NCBI GenBank assembly: GCA_019038705.1
Contig: JAHOYX010000098.1
Coordinates: 1-46,171 of the forward strand
DNA from: Spirochaetales bacterium
GTDB taxonomy: Bacteria; Spirochaetota; Spirochaetia; DSM-27196; SLST01
Direction: 5' to 3'
Length of the DNA stretch: 46,171 bases
Translations under genes and position numbers: made by a program
Shown: positions 26,906 to 37,253 of the stretch, piece by piece
Layout: every line of letters starts with the position of its first letter
Position numbering within the stretch: the stretch's first letter is position 1
Notes under the pieces: generated by a model
What the model saw: only the letters and a program-made list of their open reading frames with translations
Database searches by the model: none
Told to the model about the DNA's origin: nothing

Positions 26906-27796
26906 ATGGATGATATCTCTTTTTGTGACTTCGCAGCTACTCCGATTCTGTATATATTACATTTTGTGATAATCGAACAAGAGAACCACTACGGATCGCC
27001 CGATCCGAGCCGCCCGGTCACCGTGCTGTACGCCGGCAGCGAGCAGTGTGCCCCGGCGCACCGGTGGGAGGGTGTGCGCGATCACTATCTTCTGCACTAT
27101 GTGACAAGCGGCACAGGATACGTGTGGCGACGGGGACGACGCGAGAGCCTCTATCCCGGCGGCTGCTTCTTCTTCGGTCCGATGGAGCGTCTTCGATACG
27201 AAGCCGACGGCAATCGGCCGTGGGCCTACATGTGGGTGGGGTTCGCCGGAACGCATGCCGCGAGTCTCTTTGGCGAGTACGTGCGTGTGACCGGCTCCGA
27301 GGTTGCCCAACTGCCCCTGCTGGACTGCCTGAGGCAGCATCTGGTTGGCATCCTCGATGCGCTCCGTCGCCGCACCGGCGGTTCCACGACGCGCGCCGCA
27401 GGACTGCTCGAGGTCTTTGTGGGGTCCGCAATTGATCTGGCAGTAGGCGGGAAGCCGGGCGCCCGCGAGACCGTGGATCCCATCTCCGCGGCGGTTGAGT
27501 TCATTGATCTGAACTTCCAGCGAAGAATGAGGGTGGCAGACGTTGCGACCCGGGTTGGAGTGGATCGCAGCCACCTGAGTCGTCTCTTTCACCGCCGTCG
27601 TGGCGTGACGATCCAGGAGTACATGATCACCCGTCGCATGAACCGTGCCAGGGATCTCCTGAGACAGACAACACTCCCGATGCGTGCCGTGGCGGCTTCG
27701 GTGGGTTACGACAGCTATGTGTCGTTTGAACGACGCTTCGCCGATCGTGTCGGCATGCCGCCCACCGCCTGGCGGGAGCAATCGCGCGACGCGTGA
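26906..27796 (+). CDS. AraC-family transcriptional regulator (cupin plus HTH)
   Basis: It has an N-terminal cupin (HYLLHYVTSGTGYV) and a C-terminal AraC HTH (VATRVGVDRSHLSRLFHRRRGVTIQEY). It is divergent from melA. The start is uncertain: ATG 26906 or GTG 26966, which lies after an AT-rich stretch. Confidence 0.8.
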   Translation: MDDISFCDFAATPILYILHFVIIEQENHYGSPDPSRPVTVLYAGSEQCAPAHRWEGVRDHYLLHYVTSGTGYVWRRGRRESLYPGGCFFFGPMERLRYEADGNRPWAYMWVGFAGTHAASLFGEYVRVTGSEVAQLPLLDCLRQHLVGILDALRRRTGGSTTRAAGLLEVFVGSAIDLAVGGKPGARETVDPISAAVEFIDLNFQRRMRVADVATRVGVDRSHLSRLFHRRRGVTIQEYMITRRMNRARDLLRQTTLPMRAVAASVGYDSYVSFERRFADRVGMPPTAWREQSRDA

Positions 27797-27935
27797 GGCT
27801 CCGGCGGGAACCTCTCTCCTACTGCAAAATCGAGTCCGGATACCCGTCGGACCGCTTCTCGGTATTCGTGACGCTCAAGGCCGTTTGCCGGTAGGGCGGC
27901 GGTCGGCTGATGGAGGTGGGTGGTAGCACCCCGGG

Positions 27936-28895
27936 TCAGTTCCCGCGCTCGAGGTCCGCGAGGTATCGTTCGGCTTCAAGCGCCGCCATGCAGCCGGAGC
28001 CTGCCGCGGTGATGGCCTGCCGATAGACCCGATCCTTCACGTCGCCGCAGGCATACACGCCGGGCTTTGCGGTCAGGGTGGAGTCGGGCGCCGTGATCAG
28101 GTAGCCCGTGTCGTCCATCTCAAGCTGGCCGCCCAGGAACTCGGTGTTCGGTTTGTGACCAATCGCGAAGAAGAGACCACCCGCCTCAATGACATCTTCC
28201 TCCTGGGTCTTGTTGTTGTGGACTTTGACAGCCGCGAGGGTCTGCTCGCCGATGGCCTCAATCGCATTGTTGTTCCAGCGGACGGTTATCTTCGGGTTGT
28301 TGAAGACACGATTCTGCATTGCCTTGGATGCGCGGAGGACGTCCCGGCGCACGAGCATAATCACTTCTGAACCGAACTTGCTCAGGTAGCTTGCCTCTTC
28401 ACACGCCGAGTCTCCCCCGCCGATGACCACGAGAGGTCGATTGCGAAAGATGGGAAGCCCGCCGTCGCACACGGCGCAGGCGGAGATTCCTTTCTGCCAG
28501 TAGGTGCTCTCGCCCGGGAAATCCAATCGGATTGCCGTTGCGCCGGTTGCGATGATGACGGTCATCGTCGTGTACTCTGCACCGGCGGTGAACACCGAAT
28601 ATGGTTGCTCCGAGAGATCAACCCGCTCCACGGTCTCCGTCCGGATGGTGGCGCCGTACTTCACCGACTGCTCGCGCATCTTCACCATGAGATCCGGGCC
28701 GCCGATGGTCTCCGGAAATCCCGGGTAATTCTCCACGTCGGTCGTCGTCGTGAGCTGGCCTCCGGGAGCAACACCCCCGGCCATGAAGCCCTCAAACATG
28801 AGCGGGGCGAGCTCCGCCCGACCCGCATAGATAGCCGCGGTGTGGGCCGCCGGGCCCGACCCGATGATGATTACCTTCTGTGGGTTGTCCGACAT
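27936..28895 (-). CDS. trxB: Thioredoxin-disulfide reductase
   Basis: It has GSGPAAHTAAIYAGRA, the redox-active CAVCDG and GGGDSACEEA. Confidence 0.9.
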   Translation of the reverse strand: MSDNPQKVIIIGSGPAAHTAAIYAGRAELAPLMFEGFMAGGVAPGGQLTTTTDVENYPGFPETIGGPDLMVKMREQSVKYGATIRTETVERVDLSEQPYSVFTAGAEYTTMTVIIATGATAIRLDFPGESTYWQKGISACAVCDGGLPIFRNRPLVVIGGGDSACEEASYLSKFGSEVIMLVRRDVLRASKAMQNRVFNNPKITVRWNNNAIEAIGEQTLAAVKVHNNKTQEEDVIEAGGLFFAIGHKPNTEFLGGQLEMDDTGYLITAPDSTLTAKPGVYACGDVKDRVYRQAITAAGSGCMAALEAERYLADLERGN

Positions 28896-28916
28896 GGTTT
28901 CCTCTTGCTTGCTTGC

Positions 28917-30791
28917 CTACTTGCCCGCGGCCGCCACGAGCTCTTTGACCTTCTCCCCGGACACCTGTTCCTCCTTGAGGAGGAGATCTACCAGCTTGTC
29001 CACGGCTGACCGATAGCCGGTCAGGAGTTCCAGTGTACGATCGAAGGCTCCTTTGAGAATCTTCTTCACTTCCTCGTCAATTTCTCGGGCTGTTGCCTCG
29101 CTGTAGCTGCGTTGGTGACTCAACTGCTCGCCCAGGAAGACACTGCGGTCACCCTCTCCCATGGCGGTGTTCGCGAGTCCGTCGCTCATGCCCCACTCAG
29201 TCACCATTCGACGAGCCATCTGGGTCGCCTGCTTGAGATCATTCTCAGCGCCGCTGGTCATTGAATCAAAGACGAGCTCCTCGGCTGCACGCCCACCCAT
29301 CATGACGGCGATTCGATCCTCAAGGTAGTCACGCCGGTAAACGTAGCGCTCCTCCGTGGGCTCCTGCATGGTGGCTCCCATGGCCATTCCACGCGGGATG
29401 ATTGTGACCTTCAGAACGGGATCGGTATTGGGAAGCGCGGCCGCGGTGACGGCGTGGCCCGCCTCATGATAGGCGATGAGCTTTCGCTCCTCGGCTGAGA
29501 CCTTCATCCCCTTCCGCTCGAGACCCATCATGATTCGGTCACGGGCGTCTTCTATGTCGACCATGGAAATGACTGCCGCTTTCCGCCGCGCCGTTCTCAG
29601 AGCCGCCTCGTTGAGGAGATTTTCCAGGTCGGCGCCGCTGAAACCAATGGTTCGCAAGGCTACGGTATCCAGGTCAACGGAATCGTCAAAGGGCTTGTTT
29701 TTTGCGTGAACGCGCAGGATGGCAGCCCGCTCGTCCTTGGTGGGCATGGGCACGGTAACCTGCCGGTCAAATCGACCCGGGCGAAGGAGCGCCGGGTCCA
29801 GGATGTCCGGGCGGTTGGTGGCTGCGACCACCACGGTGCTCGAGTTCTGCTCAAAACCATCCAGCTCACTCAGCATCTGGTTAAGGGTCTGCTCCCGTTC
29901 ATCGTGACCACCCCCGAGGCCCGCGCCCCGGTGCCGCCCGATTGAGTCCAGTTCGTCAATGAAGATGATGCTCGGCGCCTTCTTCTTGGCATCCCGGAAC
30001 AGGCTTCGAACCCGGGAAGCGCCCACACCAACGAACATCTCCATGAAGTCGGATCCGCTCATGCTGAAGAACGGGACTCCGGCTTCCCCGGCAATCGCCC
30101 GGGCAATCAGGGTCTTACCGGTTCCCGGCGGTCCAACGAGCAGCAGCCCCTTGGGCGACCGCGCGCCGAGCCGTTCGTAGCGTGAGGGATCCTTGAGGAA
30201 ATCGACGATTTCCATCACCTCTTCTTTTGACCCCTCGAGCCCGGCCACATCGGCAAAGGTGGTCTTGGTCTGATTCTCGTCGTAGAGTTTGGCCTTGTTC
30301 TCGCCGACCTTGAAAATGCTATTGCCCTGTCCCCGGATGTTCCGAAAGAGCACGAAGAAGATCCAGAGGAGAAAGAGGTAGGGCAGAACGCTTACCACAA
30401 TGCCAAAGAGAGTCGGCTGATCCGACGGCTGCGTGATCAGTTCAACTCCGTTGTCACGGAGGAGCGGAAGCAGATCCGGATCGCCAAAGGTCGGTACATA
30501 GGTCGTGTACGCGTCGGCGCCCCCAAACAAGCCGCTGTCGGCGGTTGTCCCGCCCAGCGGCGTTATGGTGAGCTCCTCGCCCTGGACAACGACTCGTTGG
30601 ATCGCCCCGTCGGAAACGAGCTGCTTGAATCGAGTGTAGCTGATCTCCTGCCCCGCATTGTTGCCCTGGAACACGTTGATGAGCATGGGTACGAGGAAGA
30701 ATATGAGGAGGAGAGGGACCAGCAGTCGCCAGTTCATGAACGGCTTGGGACGCTGATTGGGGTCCTGCTGGTCGTTGCCGTTTTGTGCCAT
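28917..30791 (-). CDS. ftsH: ATP-dependent zinc metalloprotease FtsH
   Basis: It has the Walker A motif GPPGTGKTL, the Walker B motif IIFIDELD and the zinc site HEAGHA. An N-terminal TM segment is present. Confidence 0.95.
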   Translation of the reverse strand: MAQNGNDQQDPNQRPKPFMNWRLLVPLLLIFFLVPMLINVFQGNNAGQEISYTRFKQLVSDGAIQRVVVQGEELTITPLGGTTADSGLFGGADAYTTYVPTFGDPDLLPLLRDNGVELITQPSDQPTLFGIVVSVLPYLFLLWIFFVLFRNIRGQGNSIFKVGENKAKLYDENQTKTTFADVAGLEGSKEEVMEIVDFLKDPSRYERLGARSPKGLLLVGPPGTGKTLIARAIAGEAGVPFFSMSGSDFMEMFVGVGASRVRSLFRDAKKKAPSIIFIDELDSIGRHRGAGLGGGHDEREQTLNQMLSELDGFEQNSSTVVVAATNRPDILDPALLRPGRFDRQVTVPMPTKDERAAILRVHAKNKPFDDSVDLDTVALRTIGFSGADLENLLNEAALRTARRKAAVISMVDIEDARDRIMMGLERKGMKVSAEERKLIAYHEAGHAVTAAALPNTDPVLKVTIIPRGMAMGATMQEPTEERYVYRRDYLEDRIAVMMGGRAAEELVFDSMTSGAENDLKQATQMARRMVTEWGMSDGLANTAMGEGDRSVFLGEQLSHQRSYSEATAREIDEEVKKILKGAFDRTLELLTGYRSAVDKLVDLLLKEEQVSGEKVKELVAAAGK

Positions 30792-30842
30792 ACAAACAAA
30801 ATAGTGATTCTCCCCCGCCGGAACAACGCAGTAGAATAGATC

Positions 30843-31268
30843 ATGGATCGATTTCCGCTCGCGCTCGTGATCGCTGTGCTCGTGCAGGTTTCCTGCCAGG
30901 TGTTCAAGTTCGTCTACTACTCAATCCGGGCCGGACGAATCTCGCCCCGATACCTGGTCACCGCCGGGGGGTTCCCGAGCGCTCACACGGCGTTTGTGAC
31001 GGCGTTGGCCGTATCCATTGGCATCCGCGCAGGGTTCTCCTCCGATCTGTTCGCGGTTGCGGCGGTGTTCAGCACTATTGTCGTCTACGACGCCTTCCGG
31101 CTGCGCGGGCATGTCCAGAATCACGCCAGACTTATCAATCGATATCTCCTCGCCAAGACAGATGATGAGCCGGTTTCCGAGATGGTCGGCCATTCGATTC
31201 CGGAGATTCTCGCCGGACTGGCATTTGGGGGCGGGCTATCCGCGGTGGCAACGGTGCTGCTCGGATGA
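30843..31268 (+). CDS. Divergent PAP2 family membrane protein (DUF212)
   Basis: It has GGFPSAHTAFVTALAVSIG and other motifs typical of DUF212. Confidence 0.7.
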   Translation: MDRFPLALVIAVLVQVSCQVFKFVYYSIRAGRISPRYLVTAGGFPSAHTAFVTALAVSIGIRAGFSSDLFAVAAVFSTIVVYDAFRLRGHVQNHARLINRYLLAKTDDEPVSEMVGHSIPEILAGLAFGGGLSAVATVLLG

Positions 31269-31340
31269 TGGGAGATCTCTCACGGAGGCGCAGAGGCACG
31301 GGATAGACAAGATGACGCCGGAACCATCAATGGACGTGAG

Positions 31341-31487
31341 CTGCCGCGAAGATTGGGGATGAGATGCTCACAAACCCTGCACCAAGAGCGATTTACTCTG
31401 CACAAAGTGTCGCCGCACAGCACCAACGACAGCAATTCGCGGTTCCGACGGAAAATGGGTTCGATCCATCCCCAATCTTCGCGGCAG
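31341..31487. repeat. Perfect 21-bp inverted repeat flanking a 105-bp unique core
   Basis: CTGCCGCGAAGATTGGGGATG (31341-31361) is the exact reverse complement of CATCCCCAATCTTCGCGGCAG (31467-31487). It lies between two convergent gene ends. Confidence 0.9.
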
Positions 31488-31511
31488 TCCGCAAGGTATG
31501 CACTGGACGAC

Positions 31512-32213
31512 TCAGAATGTCTCGAATTTGTCGATCCGGTCAATCTGAAGCAGGATATCCACGGTAGCCTGATAGTTCCCTCGGACAATGCCGAAGTCCG
31601 GGTAAGCGGCAAGAAGTACGGCCCCGGTGACCTGCTGCGGCCGGGTGAACTCCAGAGCTCGTACATGCTCCCGCACGGCGGACCGTATCCCGTCTGAAAC
31701 CGCGCCGGCCTTGCGGGTTGGCCCCAGAAAGAGGCTCGATACGCCGATGCCGGTGCTCCGGGCGTTCGCGCTGCTGTGCCACCCCTGATACCACCCACGC
31801 TGTTCGGCGGACACCTCGTAACCCACCCGGGCCACAAGTCGATCCTCGTCTATCCAGGTCTGAAGCACGGTCAGCCCCGGATCCCCGCGCGGTGTTGACG
31901 CGTGCGGCTCCAGCTGAAAACTCTCGGCTATCTCCCGGCTCGGATCTCCCGGCACGTAGACAAATCGATAGCCGTACACTAATCCTGAAACGACGTACTG
32001 AACCTCGTCCAGTAATCGATCCAGGGCAACCTCGCGCGGGAGTGGGCGGGCGCTGCCGTCGGCCACGATTGGATCAAGCTCGGCCCATACCTCCGCCACG
32101 ACATATTCGTCAGCGGCAAAACCGACGGGCATTACGGTGGCGAGCAGTGAAATGAACAGAATGAAGGTTGCGCGGCGCACGCCTCTATTATCGGCGGCTG
32201 TCCAGGAACTCAC
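31512..32213 (-). CDS. Hypothetical secreted protein
   Basis: It has a hydrophobic N-terminus (ATFILFISLLATVMPVGFA). I do not recognise the family. A possible GTG start at 32180 would avoid the overlap with the rhomboid gene. Confidence 0.5.
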   Translation of the reverse strand: MSSWTAADNRGVRRATFILFISLLATVMPVGFAADEYVVAEVWAELDPIVADGSARPLPREVALDRLLDEVQYVVSGLVYGYRFVYVPGDPSREIAESFQLEPHASTPRGDPGLTVLQTWIDEDRLVARVGYEVSAEQRGWYQGWHSSANARSTGIGVSSLFLGPTRKAGAVSDGIRSAVREHVRALEFTRPQQVTGAVLLAAYPDFGIVRGNYQATVDILLQIDRIDKFETF

Positions 32214-32802
32214 GAACCGGATTGATCCGCAATCGAATCAGAAGATAGAGAAAGGCGAACCCGAACCCCGCCAGGTGGGTGAGGTGGGCCACATTCCCCT
32301 GGTTCCGGCTGAACATGCTGAAGATCTCGATTGCGGCATAGCCGACAATGAGCACCGGTGCTTTCACCGGAATGATCCCGAAGATGAGAATGGTTGACGT
32401 GGGATAATAGGTCGCATAGGCGAGGAGGACGGCAAATACGGCTCCCGATGCGCCCACCAGCCACACATGGTATGCCCCGGTGGCCCAGTAGACCAGCAGA
32501 CTGAACAGTCCGGCGAGAGTTCCGGTAAGCAGGTAGAAGAGAAGGTACTCGTTGGACCCAATTCGGCGCTCCAGCTGGACGCCGAAGAAGAACAGCCCGA
32601 GCATGTTGAACAGGAGATGCCAGATACCGGCGTGCGCGAACATGTAGGTGAAAACCTGCCACCACCAGTTCCAGGCAACCACGAGCGCCGGGTTCATTCC
32701 AATGTAGTTGTAGATCGTTGGCGCGATGTAGTAGCTGATGAAAAAGACAGCGACATTGATGCCGATGAGAATCAGCGTCACGTTGTAGTACTTGAAAGGC
32801 AT
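32188..32802 (-). CDS. Rhomboid-family intramembrane serine protease
   Basis: It has HLLFNM and the catalytic GASGAVFAVL...AHLAGF motifs and is multi-TM. I chose the start at MPFKYYN. The track ORF extension overlaps the divergent esterase gene. Confidence 0.8.
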   Translation of the reverse strand: MPFKYYNVTLILIGINVAVFFISYYIAPTIYNYIGMNPALVVAWNWWWQVFTYMFAHAGIWHLLFNMLGLFFFGVQLERRIGSNEYLLFYLLTGTLAGLFSLLVYWATGAYHVWLVGASGAVFAVLLAYATYYPTSTILIFGIIPVKAPVLIVGYAAIEIFSMFSRNQGNVAHLTHLAGFGFAFLYLLIRLRINPVREFLDSRR

Positions 32803-32961
32803 CGAGCGCTGGAAGAATGGTAGTCGTTTCACCAGTGAAACGTACGGCGGCTGCAGAGCCCGGTCAAGGGCCGCAATCGGTTTGCCCTGCCCACGTTCCC
32901 GCTGCGGCGCCCGTTTCTCCTGCCGTCGTATTTCAGCTACAATCCCGCTCGGGAGGCTTGG

Positions 32962-33942
32962 ATGCCGGTCGTAGACATGCCGATTGAAGAGCTTCGCGCG
33001 TACACAGGGACAAACCCGCGGCCGGAGGACTTCGACGAGTATTGGGGCTCTGCTTTGACGGAACTGGACGACGTCGCCCCGGATGTGGAGTTCAGAGATG
33101 CTGAGTTCAGCGCGCCTCACATCCGGTGTGAGCATCTCTACTTCACCGGCACCGGCGGCGCACGGATCCACGCTAAATTGCTACGACCGATCGCCAATGC
33201 GCCGGCCGATACCGCCGGCAAGCGAGGCGGTCCGGCCATCCTCCGTTTCCACGGGTACACGGGAAACTCGGGCGACTGGTCAGACCATCTTGGGTACGTG
33301 GGCGCGGGCTTTGTTGTTGCGGCAATGGACTGCCGCGGGCAGGGCGGGCTCTCAGAAGATGTCGGCGGCGTCCGAGGGAACACGCACCGCGGGCACATCA
33401 TCCGCGGCCTGGATGACGGCCCGGACAAGCTGCTGTTTCGGCATGTCTTCCTGGACACCGTCAGGCTGGCTCGCATCGTGATGGGGCTCGACGAGGTTGA
33501 CCCGGCCCGGATTGGCGCCACCGGGGAATCGCAGGGTGGTGGATTGTCGCTGGCGTGTGCCGCGCTGGAGCCGCGGATCAGCCGGGCGGCCGCGGTATTC
33601 CCGTTCCTCTCCGACTACAGGCGGGTCTGGGATATGGACCTTGATGCGGGAGCGTATCAGGAGTTGCGCGATTACTTCCGTCTGTTTGACCCGACCCACG
33701 ATCGCGAAATCGAGACCTTCACTCACCTTGGCTACATAGACGTGCACCATCTTGCCCCTCGGATCAGAGCCAATACGCTCATGCTGACCGCGCTCATTGA
33801 CGAGATCTGCCCGCCGTCCACGCAATTCGCGGCTTTCAACGCAATTACAGCGGAGAAGCGGATGGTCATGTACCCGGACTTCGGGCACGAGTGCCTGCCC
33901 GGCGGAAGCGATCTGATCTTCTCTCACCTGCTGGAGTTGTAG
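32962..33942 (+). CDS. CE7 acetyl xylan esterase / cephalosporin-C deacetylase
   Basis: It has the N-terminus MPIEELRAYTGTNPRPEDFDEYW, the nucleophile motif GESQGG and the C-terminal YPDFGHE. Confidence 0.85.
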   Translation: MPVVDMPIEELRAYTGTNPRPEDFDEYWGSALTELDDVAPDVEFRDAEFSAPHIRCEHLYFTGTGGARIHAKLLRPIANAPADTAGKRGGPAILRFHGYTGNSGDWSDHLGYVGAGFVVAAMDCRGQGGLSEDVGGVRGNTHRGHIIRGLDDGPDKLLFRHVFLDTVRLARIVMGLDEVDPARIGATGESQGGGLSLACAALEPRISRAAAVFPFLSDYRRVWDMDLDAGAYQELRDYFRLFDPTHDREIETFTHLGYIDVHHLAPRIRANTLMLTALIDEICPPSTQFAAFNAITAEKRMVMYPDFGHECLPGGSDLIFSHLLEL

Positions 33943-34551
33943 GTGGGCCGCGGCGATCGACGAAGCCAACCCGATCATTACTCGATTCGGGCGCGGAAAG
34001 AGGGGTTCGCTGCCAGATCGATCTACAAGCTCCAGGAGATTCAGCGAAAGTACGCCGTGATCCCCACCGGCGGACGGGTCCTGGATATCGGCGCCGCACC
34101 GGGGAGCTGGACGCAATTCGCCCACTCGGTTGTCGGTCCAACGGGGCATGTGGTCGCCGTGGATCTCAGCCCGCTCCCCGAGCTTGAAGACTTCACCAAC
34201 GTTACGCCCATCGTTGGCGACATCTTCGACACCGCGCTCATCGAATCGTTGGCCGCCCGCGGCCCGTTTCACACTGTGATCAGCGACGCCGCTCCTCCGA
34301 CCACGGGGAACCGGACGGTGGACACCTCACGGTCGGCCGCACTCGTGGAACAGGTCATCTCGCTCTGTCCGGCGCTGCTCCGCGACGGCGGAACGTTGAT
34401 CGCAAAGCTCTTCCAGGGGGGTGAAGAGCAGTCGTTGCTCGCCCAGGTCCGCTCACGGTTCTCGATGGGTCGACTTGTGAAACCCCGGGCCAGCCGATCA
34501 GAAAGCTTCGAGGTATTTCTGGTTGGCACGGGTTATACTTCGCAAAGATGA
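33943..34551 (+). CDS. rlmE: 23S rRNA 2'-O-ribose (U2552) methyltransferase RlmE/FtsJ
   Basis: It has RSIYKLQEIQRKY and the SAM motif VLDIGAAPGSWTQ. The GTG start directly follows the esterase stop. Confidence 0.85.
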   Translation: MGRGDRRSQPDHYSIRARKEGFAARSIYKLQEIQRKYAVIPTGGRVLDIGAAPGSWTQFAHSVVGPTGHVVAVDLSPLPELEDFTNVTPIVGDIFDTALIESLAARGPFHTVISDAAPPTTGNRTVDTSRSAALVEQVISLCPALLRDGGTLIAKLFQGGEEQSLLAQVRSRFSMGRLVKPRASRSESFEVFLVGTGYTSQR

Positions 34552-35294
34552 GACGTGCACTCATGATTCTTGGAACAGTTGTGGCGTTGGCTGCGTGCCA
34601 AACGATCGCACCGCTCGACGTGCCGGTCGCACCACTCGATGTCCTGGTCACGCCCGACGGGGACGACACCGAGACGGTCGCGCCGGAGGCGGGGGCGCTC
34701 TCCGAGCGACAAGTACTCCTGGTTCAGGCTGCCCGGGAAATCGTTGAAACGCAGAGTACGATCGTCGGGGAGACCACGTTCTCGTATGATTGCAGCGGCA
34801 CGATCCTGACGGTGTATGCGCATGCCGGGATCTATCTGATCGATCTCTTTGGCAACTACACGGGCAACGGGGTTGCTCGGCTCCACGGGATCGCGGCCGA
34901 CTATGACGTGCTCCACGTCAGGGACCTGCCCGAACCGGGAGACGTGATCTTCTGGGACAACACCTACGATCGAAATCAGGACGGGAACTGGAACGATCCG
35001 TTGACCCACGCCGGGCTCGTGATTTCCGTCGCGGAGGACGGAACGATAGAATACCTTCATCACAACTACCGCCGCGGAATTGTGACTGCCACCATGAACC
35101 TGCTCGAGCCCGATATCTACCAGAATGACGAGGGGAGTGAGTTGAACTCGCCCATGCGGATGGCCAGTCAGCGCTCGGCAAACCCCGATCTCTGGTTGAG
35201 CAGTCACCTGTTCAGGGAGTTTGCCGGCATGCACCTGATTCACATTGAGGCGGCAACTATCGACCGGACGGACGTCGTCGCGTCACTGCCGTGA
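34548..35294 (+). CDS. NlpC/P60-like (C40) lipoprotein
   Basis: It has a lipobox (VVALAAC), the catalytic-Cys context YDCSGT, and GDVIFWD...THAGLV. It shares an ATGA overlap with rlmE. Confidence 0.65.
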   Translation: MRRALMILGTVVALAACQTIAPLDVPVAPLDVLVTPDGDDTETVAPEAGALSERQVLLVQAAREIVETQSTIVGETTFSYDCSGTILTVYAHAGIYLIDLFGNYTGNGVARLHGIAADYDVLHVRDLPEPGDVIFWDNTYDRNQDGNWNDPLTHAGLVISVAEDGTIEYLHHNYRRGIVTATMNLLEPDIYQNDEGSELNSPMRMASQRSANPDLWLSSHLFREFAGMHLIHIEAATIDRTDVVASLP

Positions 35295-36358
35295 GCGTTG
35301 CCCGGACTACGCGCGCGCCACTCTGCAGTGCCGTGACAATCGCCACACTGATGACGATCATAGCCGCTCTCCTCGGCAGCTGCGGCGGCGACCCTCCGCG
35401 GCACTCCCGCACGGAGTTTCTCCTGGGAACACCCGTCACCGTGACCACCTACGGCAGGGTCTCCCCGGACCTGCTCGATCAGGTCTTTGCACGGGTAGGC
35501 GAGATTGAACGCAAGATGAGCACGAGCGAGGACGATCACACAGACACCGAACTTCTCCAGGTCAATGCCGCGGCGGGGACCCGCCCGGTGTCAGTCTCCC
35601 CGGATACATTCAGCGTTGTGAAGGAAGCGCTCGCCTTCTCGGAATCATCGGGCGGCGCCTTTGACGTGACGGTCCACCCCCTGGTTCGTCTCTGGGGGAT
35701 CGGGACCGAAAGTGCAGCGATTCCCGATGCCGAGCAGTTGTCTGCCGCGCTCGAGCTGGTGGACTATCGCGCGGTTCAGATGGACCCGGAGGACACGGCT
35801 ATCTTGCTCCCGCGGCCCGGCATGGGCGTGGACGTGGGCGGCATTGCCAAGGGATATGCGGCCGATGAAGCGGCGCGGATCCTCAGGGCGGCCGGTATCC
35901 AGTCCGCCCTGTTGGATTTTGGCGGCAACATCCTCACGGTGGGTCACAAACCGGACGGGTCGCTGTGGCGGATTGGCATTCAGACACCCGACGCAAGCCG
36001 CGGGGAGTTCCTTGGCATCGCCTCTGTGGCAGACCAGTCGGTCGTGACATCGGGCACCTATGAGCGGTTCTTTGAACAGGGCGGTGTCCGCTACCACCAC
36101 ATCCTGGACACACACACGGGATACCCGGTCCAAAACGGACTTGCGAGTGTCACCATCATCGCCACTGATTCAATCGATGCCGATGCCCTCTCCACGGTGG
36201 TTTTTGCCCTCGGTCCTGAGGCGGGCCGTCTGTTCATCGAGGCCCTGCCGGATGTGGAGGCAATCCTCGTCACCGGTGATAACGAGGTCTCCATCACGTC
36301 AGGCGCGGGCGAGATCTTTGAGCTCACGAATGAAGAGTACGAACTGCGCCGGCCTTAG
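35291..36358 (+). CDS. apbE: FAD:protein FMN transferase ApbE/Ftp, lipoprotein
   Basis: It has a lipobox (LLGSCGG), GGAFDVTVHPLVRLWG and GGIAKGYAADE. It shares a GTGA overlap with the upstream gene. Confidence 0.85.
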   Translation: MSVARTTRAPLCSAVTIATLMTIIAALLGSCGGDPPRHSRTEFLLGTPVTVTTYGRVSPDLLDQVFARVGEIERKMSTSEDDHTDTELLQVNAAAGTRPVSVSPDTFSVVKEALAFSESSGGAFDVTVHPLVRLWGIGTESAAIPDAEQLSAALELVDYRAVQMDPEDTAILLPRPGMGVDVGGIAKGYAADEAARILRAAGIQSALLDFGGNILTVGHKPDGSLWRIGIQTPDASRGEFLGIASVADQSVVTSGTYERFFEQGGVRYHHILDTHTGYPVQNGLASVTIIATDSIDADALSTVVFALGPEAGRLFIEALPDVEAILVTGDNEVSITSGAGEIFELTNEEYELRRP

Positions 36359-36362
36359 CGGC

Positions 36363-37253
36363 CTATCGGGTGCAGAGTTTGTGCGGCAGTGGAACTGATA
36401 CCCGTGTCGCGAGTATCCGGTCGGCCAACATCTGAAATCGATTCGTCGTCCCGGATGCCCCGGTGATACCGTCCAGGGCTATCCCTCCCCCGGTCTCCGA
36501 CACCCCCACCTCCACAAACTGACGCGACAGTTCAGCGGCGATCCCGGCCGGTGTCAGATCCAACGCGCTCTCGTAGGCTTCAGTGTAGACCGCGTCATCG
36601 GCTTTCACGCTCACCGTACCGTCCGCCCCGACTCGCCGTTCCTGGAACGACGCTGCCGCGGCCCCGGCCTCTCCGAAGATGATGACTATCCGCGCTTCCC
36701 AGCCGAGCTCGTCGGGATGGTCGTGACCAATATAGGGTCCGGCTGTCGGGATCACCGCAGGGTCTGCATCACCCACCCGCGCCAGATGGAGGGCCACGTC
36801 GGCGAGAACCGCAAAGGAGTTTGACCAGGCGACACGCTCATCCAGGCGGGTGATCGGGATTTCAAGCGGAAGTTCCTGCCGCGCGCCGAGTCCGGCCTCA
36901 AGCCGGTCAAGAAAACCGGGGAGATCCGCGCCGGTCTCCAGGCGAAATCGCTCAACGTAGTTCTCATCATTGCGGACCAGCATGCCGTCGGCCCTGATTG
37001 CCCCGTAGCATGCCTCGGTGATGAGCCCGGCCCGGACGCGGAGCTGCAGGAACGGCTGCCATCCATCCGTTCCGGTGTGTGAGTACGAGACAATGTAGGT
37101 TCCGTCCGTGTAGACGGTATCACCGGCGGTGTTGAGCAAGGCGCCTTCGGCGGGCTCGGTCGGTGTGCAGGCCGCAAACAGCACGAGCGCGAGGAAGGCT
37201 CCGGCGGTTGCCATCAGCGGAAGGGCATCAGAACGTCTGGGCGTCAACGCCAT
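36363..37253 (-). CDS. FMN-binding-domain lipoprotein, predicted ApbE substrate
   Basis: It has a lipobox (LVLFAAC). The C-terminal ALDGITGASGTT (36453-36473) fits the D-x-x-[ST]-G-A-[ST] flavinylation motif of FMN_bind domains. An alternative start is ATG 37214. Confidence 0.55.
   Translation of the reverse strand: MALTPRRSDALPLMATAGAFLALVLFAACTPTEPAEGALLNTAGDTVYTDGTYIVSYSHTGTDGWQPFLQLRVRAGLITEACYGAIRADGMLVRNDENYVERFRLETGADLPGFLDRLEAGLGARQELPLEIPITRLDERVAWSNSFAVLADVALHLARVGDADPAVIPTAGPYIGHDHPDELGWEARIVIIFGEAGAAAASFQERRVGADGTVSVKADDAVYTEAYESALDLTPAGIAAELSRQFVEVGVSETGGGIALDGITGASGTTNRFQMLADRILATRVSVPLPHKLCTR

Noticed and set aside
31341-31487. A tmRNA- or tRNA-like reading of the inverted repeat: GGGGATG at the 5' side and GGGTTCGATCCATCCCC at the 3' side resemble an acceptor stem plus T-loop.
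   Set aside because: No 5-bp T stem can be drawn around the TTCGATC loop. The third acceptor pair would be G-C rather than the G-U required for tmRNA. The unit is 147 nt, far shorter than tmRNA. The pairing also extends to 21 perfect bp, well beyond an acceptor stem.
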